64,000 nucleotides of DNA. Origin: a virus. Location of the stretch: IMG/VR virus record IMGVR_UViG_3300020048_000003; one strand, written 5' to 3'. The notes beneath the pieces were generated by a model. That model had not been told where the DNA came from, made no database searches, and saw nothing but the letters and a program-made list of their open reading frames with translations. Below, piece by piece: positions 9,542-18,730 of this stretch. Position 1 is the first letter of the stretch, and each line of letters opens with the position of its first letter. The position numbers and the translations under genes were made by a program.

Positions 9542-9795
9542 ATTTTGTTGATTTTTAGTAATTTATCTTTTCTTGTTTCTTTTATATCTAAATCATAAAA
9601 TCTGTCAACTTGATATGTTGATACATATTCTCTTTTACCGTCAAGTATTACTATATAATTACTAGGAACGACATCATCAACATTTGTGGAAATTCCTTTA
9701 ATTTGAAACTTTTTACTAAATGAAAAGTTCCATATCGTTAGTGGACCCGCAATTTCTTTATTTCTTATTATTTTATCACCCGGACTGAATTTCAT
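9538..9795 (-). CDS. famB small protein
   Basis: SPGDKIIRN...ETRKDKLLKINKI. Confidence 0.75.
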   Translation of the reverse strand: MKFSPGDKIIRNKEIAGPLTIWNFSFSKKFQIKGISTNVDDVVPSNYIVILDGKREYVSTYQVDRFYDLDIKETRKDKLLKINKI

Positions 9796-10051
9796 TTAAT
9801 TTTTCTAATTTTTTTCTTCTATATTCTTTGAATTCAATAAATAACTCTTTATTAAAATATTGATCATTACCATTATCAGTCTTTATTAAATGAGAACCAT
9901 TATCAAAATATCCCCAACTAACTTTGAGGTTAGGTATAATTTCATAAACTTTACCTAATGTTAATTCATTTTTATATTCATCATACCAATAACCACCACA
10001 AAACTGACTTTCAAATCGTTTCCTACCTCTACTTATACAAACAACTTTCAT
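9776..10051 (-). CDS. famB small protein
   Basis: MKVVCISRG...LTLGKVYEI...EYRRKKLEKLNEI. Confidence 0.8.
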   Translation of the reverse strand: MKVVCISRGRKRFESQFCGGYWYDEYKNELTLGKVYEIIPNLKVSWGYFDNGSHLIKTDNGNDQYFNKELFIEFKEYRRKKLEKLNEIQSG

Positions 10052-10250
10052 ATGCTATTTTTTCTAATTTCATTCTTCTAAACTCATTCCAAGGTATAAA
10101 ACATTCTTTAGGACCCCAATAACCACCCTCTGGTCCTGATTTGAAGTAATAATATTTTGTATTTAGCCAAGAATTTGGATCATCTTGATGAATAGAATAT
10201 ACTACATCACCTTTTTTAAATAAACAATTATCCACACAAACTAATTTCAT
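10029..10250 (-). CDS. famB small protein
   Basis: MKLVCVDN..KGDVVY...EFRRMKLEKIAYES. Confidence 0.8.
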   Translation of the reverse strand: MKLVCVDNCLFKKGDVVYSIHQDDPNSWLNTKYYYFKSGPEGGYWGPKECFIPWNEFRRMKLEKIAYESCLYK

Positions 10251-10452
10251 TTTTTATATTATTTAATTTTCTTCTTCTTGTTTCTTTTATTGTTTCAAAC
10301 GCTTCTTTTTCGTAATAAACAGCATAACCAGCATCATTAATTAAATAATACTCATTACGCCTACCTTCTCCTAAAATCTCATAACTCCTACCAACAGTAA
10401 GCCAATAAGTTCCTACACCAGTAGCATTTTTTGTTTTACAAACAACTTTCAT
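10228..10452 (-). CDS. famB small protein
   Basis: MKVVCKTK...LTVGRSYEI...ETRRRKLNNI. Confidence 0.8.
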   Translation of the reverse strand: MKVVCKTKNATGVGTYWLTVGRSYEILGEGRRNEYYLINDAGYAVYYEKEAFETIKETRRRKLNNIKNEISLCG

Positions 10453-10741
10453 ATGCTATACTTTTTAATTTTTTAAGTTTTTCTTTTCTCATTAATTTGA
10501 ACCATTCTTCATAAAATTTTTCTTCCAAATAATTTAAAGTACACCAACGGAGAGTCTTATCATCATTACACCAAATTACAACGGGATTTTCAAAGTTTTT
10601 CATATCTTTATTATCATACCAATCATCAAAAGACATTGGTGCAGGATGTTTCAGAAGATGAATCCAATGATATCCAGATTCAAATAATTTATCTAAAGTA
10701 GAAATCCATTCGTCTCTGTTCTTAATAAGATATAGTTTCAT
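10436..10741 (-). CDS. famB small protein
   Basis: C-term KLMRKEKLKKLKSIAYESCL. Confidence 0.7.
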   Translation of the reverse strand: MKLYLIKNRDEWISTLDKLFESGYHWIHLLKHPAPMSFDDWYDNKDMKNFENPVVIWCNDDKTLRWCTLNYLEEKFYEEWFKLMRKEKLKKLKSIAYESCL

Positions 10742-10949
10742 TTAGTTTTTTTAATTTTAGTTTTCTATATTCTTGAATTGATATGAATCTCCAACTATAA
10801 TACATATCAAGTAATTTATCATCGTCATATATAGTGTAAGCAATTCTATTAGTATAAGTATATTTTTTGGTATAAACAACAGTATATACTTTACCTATTG
10901 TTAGTTTATCACCTGTTCCAGTTTTTATACATACTACTTGTCTTTCCAT
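10722..10949 (-). CDS. famB small protein
   Basis: VVCIKTGTGDKLTIGKVYTV...EYRKLKLKKLNE. Confidence 0.8.
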   Translation of the reverse strand: MERQVVCIKTGTGDKLTIGKVYTVVYTKKYTYTNRIAYTIYDDDKLLDMYYSWRFISIQEYRKLKLKKLNETISY

Positions 10950-11022
10950 AACTTTTCCTCTTATCCCAAAATTAATAAAAATATTCTATAAAAAAAATTA
11001 TATATAAGAATAAAATTAAATC

Positions 11023-11547
11023 ATGAAAAGACTTCAGACCTTTGAAAATTATGATCCAAATAGAAAAGCCACCCTTGATATAACAAGACAACTTAGTAAA
11101 ACTAAATTCTTTCATATAACTAGTAAAATACTATCAGTTATAGATGATCTTGTTCATTTACATTTAGGTGCAGCGGTACATTCATTTAAAAATAAATCAG
11201 GATTTAATAAACTTACCAATTTTGCTAAGGAACTAGGATTACTTAAAAGTTTATACCTTAATGATGAAACTTTATCCTTTCAAGATTTAAAAGACTATGA
11301 GTTTGATCCTAATCTAATTGATGTATTAGATGAACCAGATGTTATTGAATATATGAAGCATGATGATAGAGTTAAAGGTACTCTTGATAAAATGAAAAAT
11401 TTAATAGATTTTCTAAGAGAATATCAAGAATGGTCATTTCCAGAACAATTTTTCTGGAAGTCAGATAAAATACCAACACCCCCAACACCTCCAATGGATA
11501 GAAATAGAGCAGATGGCGAAGAACCTATAAAACCTATTGGCTATTAA
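11023..11547 (+). CDS. hypothetical protein with famA-like N-terminus
   Basis: MKRLQTFENY start; no KYNL end (ends PIKPIGY). Confidence 0.5.
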   Translation: MKRLQTFENYDPNRKATLDITRQLSKTKFFHITSKILSVIDDLVHLHLGAAVHSFKNKSGFNKLTNFAKELGLLKSLYLNDETLSFQDLKDYEFDPNLIDVLDEPDVIEYMKHDDRVKGTLDKMKNLIDFLREYQEWSFPEQFFWKSDKIPTPPTPPMDRNRADGEEPIKPIGY

Positions 11548-11553
11548 TACCTT

Positions 11554-11922
11554 ATGAAACACTTAAAACTATACGAAAACTTAAACGAACCACAAATAGG
11601 TGATTATGTGCTATGTAGAGAATATCCAAACGAAAAAGAAGATATTCACATGACAGATTTTGAAAGATTTCTTTGTAACCATATAGGTCAAATTGTAGAG
11701 CCAGATGAAAAATATAAAAGAAGTTGGACCAGTAACCGTGAAAGATTAGAATATTATATATGGGTAAAATATTCTAAATCTGATATTAAAAATGATAAAA
11801 ATCTAACAGGTGAGGAATTTGTTAAATATATCAGACCATTTATGAGAAAAGAAATAATACACCATTCAAGAAATAAAGAAGATTTAGAAGGATATTTAAT
11901 AGCAAAAAAGTATAATTTATGA
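11554..11922 (+). CDS. famA protein (subtype with NHIGQI ... NKEDLE)
   Basis: MKHLKLYEN..QIGDYVLC..NHIGQIV..SRNKEDLEGYLIAKKYNL. Confidence 0.85.
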   Translation: MKHLKLYENLNEPQIGDYVLCREYPNEKEDIHMTDFERFLCNHIGQIVEPDEKYKRSWTSNRERLEYYIWVKYSKSDIKNDKNLTGEEFVKYIRPFMRKEIIHHSRNKEDLEGYLIAKKYNL

Positions 11923-12233
11923 AACACTTAAAACATTTTGAATCTATTTTAGATATGCCTGATTTGGATTACTATATGGAATATATTAAAACAAACGAGC
12001 CACAAGTAGATGATTATGTGATATGTAAAATTGACGATGCAATGGAAAAAGAACGTTTATATTTTGAAAATACTATATTACAAATTCAAGGAATTGATTT
12101 TAGAGAAGATTATCCATATAATGTAATTTTAAATAATTTTGAATTTAATCTTAAACGTTCAGAAATAATACACCATTCAAAAAATAAAGAAGATTTAGAA
12201 GTATATTTAACAGCAAAAAAGTATAATTTATAA
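11919..12233 (+). CDS. famA protein
   Basis: MKHLKHFES...VDDYVICK...SKNKEDLEVYLTAKKYNL. Confidence 0.85.
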   Translation: MKHLKHFESILDMPDLDYYMEYIKTNEPQVDDYVICKIDDAMEKERLYFENTILQIQGIDFREDYPYNVILNNFEFNLKRSEIIHHSKNKEDLEVYLTAKKYNL

Positions 12234-12482
12234 ATTTGAATTAATCTCTAATAATTTTTGCTTCCTACATTCTTTTATATCATCACTAAATATTTGAAAG
12301 AAAGTATCCTCTGTTACAAATTTCTCATATCCACAATCATCATAGAAATAAATGCAATTTACACCAAAATGTGAATTCCAAAAAATTGTACGCATCTTAT
12401 AATATTTACCAATAGTTAAACAAGTGGCTCTGTTTATACATTTATAACTATGTCCCTCTTTAATTTCTTTATACACGACCAA
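12228..12482 (-). CDS. famB small protein
   Basis: ...CLTIGKYYKM...IKECRKQKLLEINSNL. Confidence 0.75.
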   Translation of the reverse strand: MVVYKEIKEGHSYKCINRATCLTIGKYYKMRTIFWNSHFGVNCIYFYDDCGYEKFVTEDTFFQIFSDDIKECRKQKLLEINSNL

Positions 12483-12798
12483 AATAGTGTTTAACTTTTC
12501 TATTTAATTTCTTTAATTTTTCTTTACGCAATTCATTATCAGTATAGAAATAATCTGAATATAAATTATCACCAGGTTGTTCTTTTGTTTCATAAAAACG
12601 AGCACCATCTAGATAATACTTGTGTGATATGCCTTCATAAACCCAATAAGAACTTCTCCATCCATATAATTTCTTTTCTTCGTTCGTTTTAAATTGCTTT
12701 GATGCTTTATACCATTTACCTTCCTCAAAACTTGAATAAGGTAATGCCTTTTTACACAAAACCATTACTTCTTCACTCATTTTAAAACTCTCTTTCAT
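12469..12798 (-). CDS. famB small protein
   Basis: C-term NELRKEKLKKLNRKV. Confidence 0.7.
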   Translation of the reverse strand: MKESFKMSEEVMVLCKKALPYSSFEEGKWYKASKQFKTNEEKKLYGWRSSYWVYEGISHKYYLDGARFYETKEQPGDNLYSDYFYTDNELRKEKLKKLNRKVKHYFGRV

Positions 12799-13205
12799 AT
12801 CCGACCAATAGTTTTTAACTTTTCTTTACGTATCTCTTGTTTTAATGATAACGAATCCATAACAATTTTCAATCCTTCATATTTATCCTTATCTTTCAAG
12901 AAATTCAATATTTCTTTTTGTTTTTTCTTTATACGAATTCTTCTTAAAGAATACCATTTAAGTTTTTCGTAATTAGAGTAATATATTTGAATATTATTTT
13001 CATAAATATAAACATAAAATAAACTGTTACTATTAGTAATTTCTATTTTTATATTTTTATACATCAGATGTTTTCTTATCCAGTCTTCACAATTTGATTT
13101 TAAGATAATATTATCAATATGATTATTGAGAATATTCTCCATTTGTGTTAGTTTTTTCATACCATTTTCTTTTTTAATTCTCTTAATTTTATTGAACGAG
13201 ACCAT
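12795..13205 (-). CDS. famB protein
   Basis: C-term KQEIRKEKLKTIGRI. Confidence 0.65.
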   Translation of the reverse strand: MVSFNKIKRIKKENGMKKLTQMENILNNHIDNIILKSNCEDWIRKHLMYKNIKIEITNSNSLFYVYIYENNIQIYYSNYEKLKWYSLRRIRIKKKQKEILNFLKDKDKYEGLKIVMDSLSLKQEIRKEKLKTIGRI

Positions 13206-13426
13206 AATACATAATCCACATGCTTCATTATCTTGAAATTAGATTTACACCAAAAATTATTTGTTGCATAAATTTTAGTCCTTCCATCATTATCACTTAT
13301 AGCATAAGTTGAATAAGAATTTGGATTCTTCAACTGATAAAATCTACCATAAGTAAAATTCTTTTTACCTGAACCTGTATATACTAATCCATTCATTTTA
13401 GTTTCCGTAGTTATCATAATTACCAA
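13157..13426 (-). CDS. famB-like small protein
   Basis: C-term RSIKLRELKKKMV (weaker tail). Confidence 0.5.
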   Translation of the reverse strand: MVIMITTETKMNGLVYTGSGKKNFTYGRFYQLKNPNSYSTYAISDNDGRTKIYATNNFWCKSNFKIMKHVDYVLWSRSIKLRELKKKMV

Positions 13427-13484
13427 AATTATAAAAATTTTGTAAATAAAAAAAATTATCCTTTAAATTTTATATATAAGATAG

Positions 13485-13751
13485 ATGAAATATATTAAAA
13501 CATACGAATCCGCAACTAAATATAAAATAGGTGACTATGTGGTTGCTGCTTTAGATTTGACAGATCGTAAAAATAATCGTATACCAGGTAAAGAGAAATT
13601 CTTTCAAATTGTTGATTTGGCGGGTGATAAATATTATAGATGTAAATTATTGTTATATACAGAAGAAGATTTACATTATGCAATAGAAGATCAAAACATA
13701 ATTAGAAAAATAGATGAATATGAAATAACAGCAATGCAATATAACTTATGA
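13485..13751 (+). CDS. famA small protein
   Basis: MKYIKTYES..KIGDYVV...DEYEITAMQYNL. Confidence 0.85.
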   Translation: MKYIKTYESATKYKIGDYVVAALDLTDRKNNRIPGKEKFFQIVDLAGDKYYRCKLLLYTEEDLHYAIEDQNIIRKIDEYEITAMQYNL

Positions 13752-14074
13752 AATATATTAAAACATACGAAAAATACGAAGAGCCAAAATATAAAGTAGG
13801 TGATTATGTACTATTAGATTTAGATAAAGTGAATTCTGAATATTTAATAGATACAGATAATGATGGCAATTTTACAATTCCAGCATTAGTATTAATAACT
13901 AAAACACCAACTAAACCTGATCCAACAACAGCAAATTTTAATAGGTATTACGATGTAGAATTTTATATTGGTGGATCTCTTGATATCAGAGAAGAATATA
14001 TTAAAAGATTATTAACACCTGAAGAAATAGATGAATACAAAATAAAAAAAGAGGCAAATAAATATAACTTATGA
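13748..14074 (+). CDS. famA small protein
   Basis: MKYIKTYEKY..KVGDYVL...LTPEEIDEYKIKKEANKYNL. Confidence 0.85.
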   Translation: MKYIKTYEKYEEPKYKVGDYVLLDLDKVNSEYLIDTDNDGNFTIPALVLITKTPTKPDPTTANFNRYYDVEFYIGGSLDIREEYIKRLLTPEEIDEYKIKKEANKYNL

Positions 14075-14418
14075 TTAAAAAAGTAAAACAATATTGGCTC
14101 TTACCAACGGATAAAAGATTTGTTCCAGCATTAAAAAAAATTAATGTCGCACCTAGTTATATAGACATATTAATAGGTAAAACATGTGATGCTACTAGAA
14201 GAAGCGATAAAGTATTTATATCTCATAGCAATAGTGCTGATGCTAATTATGAACCATGTTTTGGATGGGGTTGGATGCCTTACACAAACAAACCAGAAGA
14301 AGAAGATAAGGGAGTAATCACAAATGATTATTATGAAACACAACATTATGAATTCAAAGGAATTGTTGATATTGAAGAACTTGAATTGAAATTAGCAATA
14401 AATAAATATAATTTATGA
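14071..14418 (+). CDS. famA small protein
   Basis: MIKKVKQYW...ELELKLAINKYNL. Confidence 0.75.
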   Translation: MIKKVKQYWLLPTDKRFVPALKKINVAPSYIDILIGKTCDATRRSDKVFISHSNSADANYEPCFGWGWMPYTNKPEEEDKGVITNDYYETQHYEFKGIVDIEELELKLAINKYNL

Positions 14419-14741
14419 AGCATATAAATCCTTACACAGCAAAGAAATTTAACAATTTTTATCCACTTAAAGGTGATAGATTCATAGAAAATGATGATTA
14501 TGTAGTTATTAGGAATCCATATATAAGATTGTTTAAAATAATTGAAATACAATCAAAATCAGGTACTGTTACACCTGTAAAAATAAAAGAAGTTGATACA
14601 ATGACACAAAGAGCATATATGAATGATTATCAGTATATGGGAAAAGATTACATTGAACATTATCTATACAAAACAAAAGATTTAAACGATGCAATTGAGA
14701 ATTTTGAATTCTTATTGGCAATGGATAAATATAACTTATAA
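14415..14741 (+). CDS. famA small protein
   Basis: MKHINPY...LKGDRFI...LAMDKYNL. Confidence 0.75.
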   Translation: MKHINPYTAKKFNNFYPLKGDRFIENDDYVVIRNPYIRLFKIIEIQSKSGTVTPVKIKEVDTMTQRAYMNDYQYMGKDYIEHYLYKTKDLNDAIENFEFLLAMDKYNL

Positions 14742-14744
14742 CCT

Positions 14745-15068
14745 ATGAAGTATATTAAAAAATTTGAAGACGTTGAATCCATATTAGCACAACTAAAACA
14801 TAAAATTGGTGACTATGTTTTACTAAAATTTTATGATCCTATAGCAGAAGTACCTGCTAAAATAATAAATATAACTAATGATGAATTTGCAATTAATATA
14901 TTGAAAATGAATGATTTATATGAGGTTGAAGCATTAGTATATCGTTACGATGAAGAAGAAGAATTGTGTGAATTTTCAGTCAGCGATAAAGATATATCTA
15001 GAAAACTAACACCAGAAGAAATAGAAGACTTTGAAACAAAAAAAGATGCATTAAACTATAACTTATGA
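14745..15068 (+). CDS. famA small protein
   Basis: MKYIKKFED..KIGDYVL...LTPEEIEDFETKKDALNYNL. Confidence 0.85.
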   Translation: MKYIKKFEDVESILAQLKHKIGDYVLLKFYDPIAEVPAKIINITNDEFAINILKMNDLYEVEALVYRYDEEEELCEFSVSDKDISRKLTPEEIEDFETKKDALNYNL

Positions 15069-15328
15069 GACATATTAAACAATATGAAGAATATAAATAT
15101 AAGAAATCACAATTAAAAGTAGGTGATGTTGTTGTCTGCATTAAAGATGCTAATCAAAGTGATTTGAAATTGAATCATAAATATATCATAACTAAAATAT
15201 ATCACGACGATGTTTCAGAATTTTGTAATATTAAAGATATTGATACTGATATAGAATATGATTTTGGTTTTTATACAAATAGATTTATGCCAGAATTAGA
15301 ATACGATATGAAAAAATATAACTTATGA
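15065..15328 (+). CDS. famA small protein
   Basis: MRHIKQYEEY..KVGDVVVC...DMKKYNL. Confidence 0.8.
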   Translation: MRHIKQYEEYKYKKSQLKVGDVVVCIKDANQSDLKLNHKYIITKIYHDDVSEFCNIKDIDTDIEYDFGFYTNRFMPELEYDMKKYNL

Positions 15329-15660
15329 AATATATTAAAGAATATGAAACTATTGAAAACCAATTAAATGATGGTGATTATGTAATATGTTATTATGATA
15401 AATTAGCAAGATATGCCTACCATGCTGAATTAACTGATGAATTAAAAGAATTTATAAATAATAATGTAGGTAGAATAAATATAGTATCTAGAGTACAATA
15501 TACATGGATTGATGTGAGTTATGAAAATATTCCCTATAATTTAATGAATAAGTTTAGTGATATTAATTCAATCTTATTAACTAAAGATGCCGTAGTTGAT
15601 ACATCACCAGATAAAGAAGAACTTGAAGTAAAATTATCAGCAAATAAATATAATCTATGA
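15325..15660 (+). CDS. famA small protein
   Basis: MKYIKEYETI..DGDYVIC...NNVGRI...KEELEVKLSANKYNL. Confidence 0.85.
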   Translation: MKYIKEYETIENQLNDGDYVICYYDKLARYAYHAELTDELKEFINNNVGRINIVSRVQYTWIDVSYENIPYNLMNKFSDINSILLTKDAVVDTSPDKEELEVKLSANKYNL

Positions 15661-15965
15661 AATATTTAAAATTGTACGAATCTAATTATAATATCTTGGA
15701 CTATGTAATTGTTTATGAAGAGACTGTTAATCCACTCAGAGATAGAATTGTTAATAGTGCAATAGGTCAGCTAATTAAACCTGATAAAGATGTTGTAGAA
15801 CAATGGAGCAACACTTTTGATTATTATGTTAAATTTGAAAATATACCTGAAATAAGTGGATTTTATGATGGAATTAGACCATTTAATGAGGCTGAAATTG
15901 TTTTTTCTAATCCTGATAAAGAAGTAGTTGAAGCCTATCTCTTAGCAAAAAAATATAATCTATAA
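15657..15965 (+). CDS. famA small protein
   Basis: MKYLKLYES...SAIGQLI...PDKEVVEAYLLAKKYNL. Confidence 0.85.
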   Translation: MKYLKLYESNYNILDYVIVYEETVNPLRDRIVNSAIGQLIKPDKDVVEQWSNTFDYYVKFENIPEISGFYDGIRPFNEAEIVFSNPDKEVVEAYLLAKKYNL

Positions 15966-16315
15966 TGAAATATATCAAACAATATGAAGATAATGACGAT
16001 ATAAAAAATCCATTAAAAATCGGTGTTTATGTGTTATGTGAAAGCCCTCCTGAAGATGATGATATTGATAATACATTAAGAGAATATATGAAAAACCATA
16101 TTGGATATATTATAGGTCATCATATGCACAAAAATAAAAAATTATTATATCATGTCAAATACGAAGGTCTAACAAAAGATAATTATGAAAATGATTATTC
16201 ACTAGTAGAGGACACAGATGATCAACTTTTAGTATGGAGAGATGAAATTAAACATTGGTCCAAAAATAGAGAGGATTTAGAAGTTTTACTATCAGCAAAT
16301 AAATATAATCTCTAA
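15965..16315 (+). CDS. famA small protein
   Basis: MKYIKQYED..KIGVYVLC..NHIGYII...SKNREDLEVLLSANKYNL. Confidence 0.85.
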   Translation: MKYIKQYEDNDDIKNPLKIGVYVLCESPPEDDDIDNTLREYMKNHIGYIIGHHMHKNKKLLYHVKYEGLTKDNYENDYSLVEDTDDQLLVWRDEIKHWSKNREDLEVLLSANKYNL

Positions 16316-16333
16316 ACAAAAAAATATAACCCT

Positions 16334-16666
16334 ATGAAGACACTTAAAACATATGAAGGATTTCAAGATATTATAAACTCTTGGCACGCTATTAATAATA
16401 TTAATAAAAATAAAAAAACAACCGAGCCAAATATAGAAATATATGATGGTGAAGATAAAGATTTAAGAAATTTTATAATGGATATAGTTGATTCAGAATA
16501 TCCAAGTTATGAAGATATGAATCATGATGAACGCAGTACTCTTATATACAAAGTTATTAAAGAACATATAAAAGATTTTGCACGATACGCTAATAAACAA
16601 CCAGACGAAATTGAACAATGGGTATATGGATTCCTTTGGGACTATATTGTAAATGAAGAAGGCTAA
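16334..16666 (+). CDS. famA-like N-terminus, no KYNL tail
   Basis: MKTLKTYEGF start; ends IVNEEG. Confidence 0.55.
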   Translation: MKTLKTYEGFQDIINSWHAINNINKNKKTTEPNIEIYDGEDKDLRNFIMDIVDSEYPSYEDMNHDERSTLIYKVIKEHIKDFARYANKQPDEIEQWVYGFLWDYIVNEEG

Positions 16667-16668
16667 TT

Positions 16669-17121
16669 ATGAAATATATTAAACAATACGAAACAAAAAT
16701 TACACAAAAATCCTTACTAGAAGTTATATCAAACTTTTTGAATAAAGCATTGCCTAATAATTTTTCTATTAAACTATACCAAGATACAATAAATATAAAA
16801 GATACAAATATTAAAACAAATAAAAATATAGGATTCATATACATATTAGGAACACAAAAAACAAAATTTAAAATACAATTGAGTTGCAGAACTTTAGAAG
16901 GTTCAAATATAAATATCGCAATGGAATATATAATAAATGAACTAAATAATAATATTCCAATAGATGAAGAAGGTAGAGAAGAAGATTCTAGTTGGTTATA
17001 TAACTTACATTATAATATCACTTTCAACCCAAAATACTTTGAAAATGTTATTACCTTATTTAATACATTACCAATAGAAGATTTATCCATTATAATGAGT
17101 GCTGAAAAATATAACCTATAA
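16669..17121 (+). CDS. famA protein
   Basis: MKYIKQYET...LSIIMSAEKYNL. Confidence 0.8.
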   Translation: MKYIKQYETKITQKSLLEVISNFLNKALPNNFSIKLYQDTINIKDTNIKTNKNIGFIYILGTQKTKFKIQLSCRTLEGSNINIAMEYIINELNNNIPIDEEGREEDSSWLYNLHYNITFNPKYFENVITLFNTLPIEDLSIIMSAEKYNL

Positions 17122-17475
17122 ATGAAACATATTAAGCAATATCCTCCTAAAAAATACATTCCTAAACCAAATGAACCACACGAAGGTGATTACGTACTTT
17201 GTACAAGAAAAAGTACAACAACAACGTTCTTAGACTTCATAGAAAATCATATAGGTCAAATTTTAAATATTGTTTTAGCACATACATATACATTTCAAAC
17301 AGATAAAGATAATAAACCACTATATACTGTACAATACTTTGATTATAATATTACATCTAGCACAAGCCCAGGTGTACTACCAAGAGTAAATTGCAATAGA
17401 GAAGAAATTATACACTTCTCACCTAATAGAGAAGACTTAGAAGTTATACTTTCAGCAAATAAATATAATCTATGA
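17122..17475 (+). CDS. famA protein
   Basis: MKHIKQY..HEGDYVLC..NHIGQIL..SPNREDLEVILSANKYNL. Confidence 0.85.
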   Translation: MKHIKQYPPKKYIPKPNEPHEGDYVLCTRKSTTTTFLDFIENHIGQILNIVLAHTYTFQTDKDNKPLYTVQYFDYNITSSTSPGVLPRVNCNREEIIHFSPNREDLEVILSANKYNL

Positions 17476-17753
17476 AATATATAAAATTATACGAAGATTC
17501 TACCACACCACAAATTGGACAATACGCTGCCGGCTACTCTGAAACTGCACTTGAACCAGAAAAATCTTTACTACCTACATTAGTTGGTAAAATTACAGAT
17601 ATTGATCAAAGAGGTTTTTATGTTATTACTTATCCACTAGTAATTTATTATAAAACAAGTTGGTGGTATTTTCGTAAAGATCAAATTCTTGCATTTGGTG
17701 ATACAGAAGAAGAAGTAGAATTTAAAATTACAGCAAATAAATATAATCTATAA
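17472..17753 (+). CDS. famA small protein
   Basis: MKYIKLYED..QIGQYA...EEVEFKITANKYNL. Confidence 0.8.
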   Translation: MKYIKLYEDSTTPQIGQYAAGYSETALEPEKSLLPTLVGKITDIDQRGFYVITYPLVIYYKTSWWYFRKDQILAFGDTEEEVEFKITANKYNL

Positions 17754-17770
17754 AAAATAATAAATACAGT

Positions 17771-17923
17771 ATGAAAATAAAAAACTTTAATGACTTTATT
17801 ATTACTGAAAAGAAAAAAGTCGCACCAAAAGGTGTTTGTTGGAAAGGTTACGAAATGGTAGGAATGAAAGAAAAAGATGGTAAAAAAGTACCTAATTGTG
17901 TACCAAAAAAAGAAAAGAAATAA
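17771..17923 (+). CDS. small Cys-containing Lys-rich protein (50 aa), not in ORF track
   Basis: MKIKNFNDFIITEKKKVAPKGVCWKGYEMVGMKEKDGKKVPNCVPKKEKK translated manually; sits between famA genes. Confidence 0.4.
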   Translation: MKIKNFNDFIITEKKKVAPKGVCWKGYEMVGMKEKDGKKVPNCVPKKEKK

Positions 17924-17926
17924 CCT

Positions 17927-18205
17927 TTGAAATATATTAAAGAATACGAAGCTTATTATGATGATTGGACTAAACCTAAAAAATATAAAAAAGGTGACTA
18001 TGTCCGAGATATAACTTCTTCTCAAGATACTATTTATATTATACTCAATACAATAGATCACGGTGATGGTGCTGGATTTCCAGGTTCTAAAACTGGCTAT
18101 CATTATTTGATAGAAACCTCAGATGGTATACCATTTTGGAAAGCAGAAGATGATTTAAAACCACTCTCTGATTTAGAAATAGCCGCAATAAAATATAATA
18201 TCTAA
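17927..18205 (+). CDS. famA small protein with TTG in the conserved start position
   Basis: TTGAAATATATTAAAGAATACGAA -> (M)KYIKEYEAYY...LEIAAIKYNI. Confidence 0.6.
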   Translation: MKYIKEYEAYYDDWTKPKKYKKGDYVRDITSSQDTIYIILNTIDHGDGAGFPGSKTGYHYLIETSDGIPFWKAEDDLKPLSDLEIAAIKYNI

Positions 18206-18206
18206 T

Positions 18207-18437
18207 ATGAAAATAAAGAAATTAAACGAATTATACGAAGAAACTACTTCAGTACATAGTGCAGAATTTTATGATTTAATGCAAGAATATAGATTTACAC
18301 CACCCCGTGACCAAAAAATGACAATTAAATCATACGAAAATGTTAAAGATTTTATAGAAAAAAACTATATCTTAAAAGATATACCAACCATTAAACAATG
18401 GCTACTAGAACAAGACGCAAATAAATATAATCTATGA
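18207..18437 (+). CDS. famA small protein
   Basis: MKIKKLNELYEE...LEQDANKYNL. Confidence 0.75.
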   Translation: MKIKKLNELYEETTSVHSAEFYDLMQEYRFTPPRDQKMTIKSYENVKDFIEKNYILKDIPTIKQWLLEQDANKYNL

Positions 18438-18730
18438 GATATATTAAAACATTTGAAAACTTAAATGAAAATGAACCAAAAGTTGGTGATTATGTTATTA
18501 TACAACAAGATGCTGTACTGGATCCATATAAAATCTGGCAAATAAAAGAAATAATTCCAAAAGAACACTTTCGAACATCTAATCCATATAATTACACTTT
18601 AAGATATGAAAGATGGGAAAATGATAGAAATTGGAAACAAATACAAGTTAGTAGAGATTACATTAAATATTGGTCAAATAATAAAGAAGACTTGAAAAAT
18701 ATAATAGAAATACAAAAATATAACCTATGA
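18434..18730 (+). CDS. famA small protein
   Basis: MRYIKTFEN..KVGDYVI...NKEDLKNIIEIQKYNL. Confidence 0.85.
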   Translation: MRYIKTFENLNENEPKVGDYVIIQQDAVLDPYKIWQIKEIIPKEHFRTSNPYNYTLRYERWENDRNWKQIQVSRDYIKYWSNNKEDLKNIIEIQKYNL

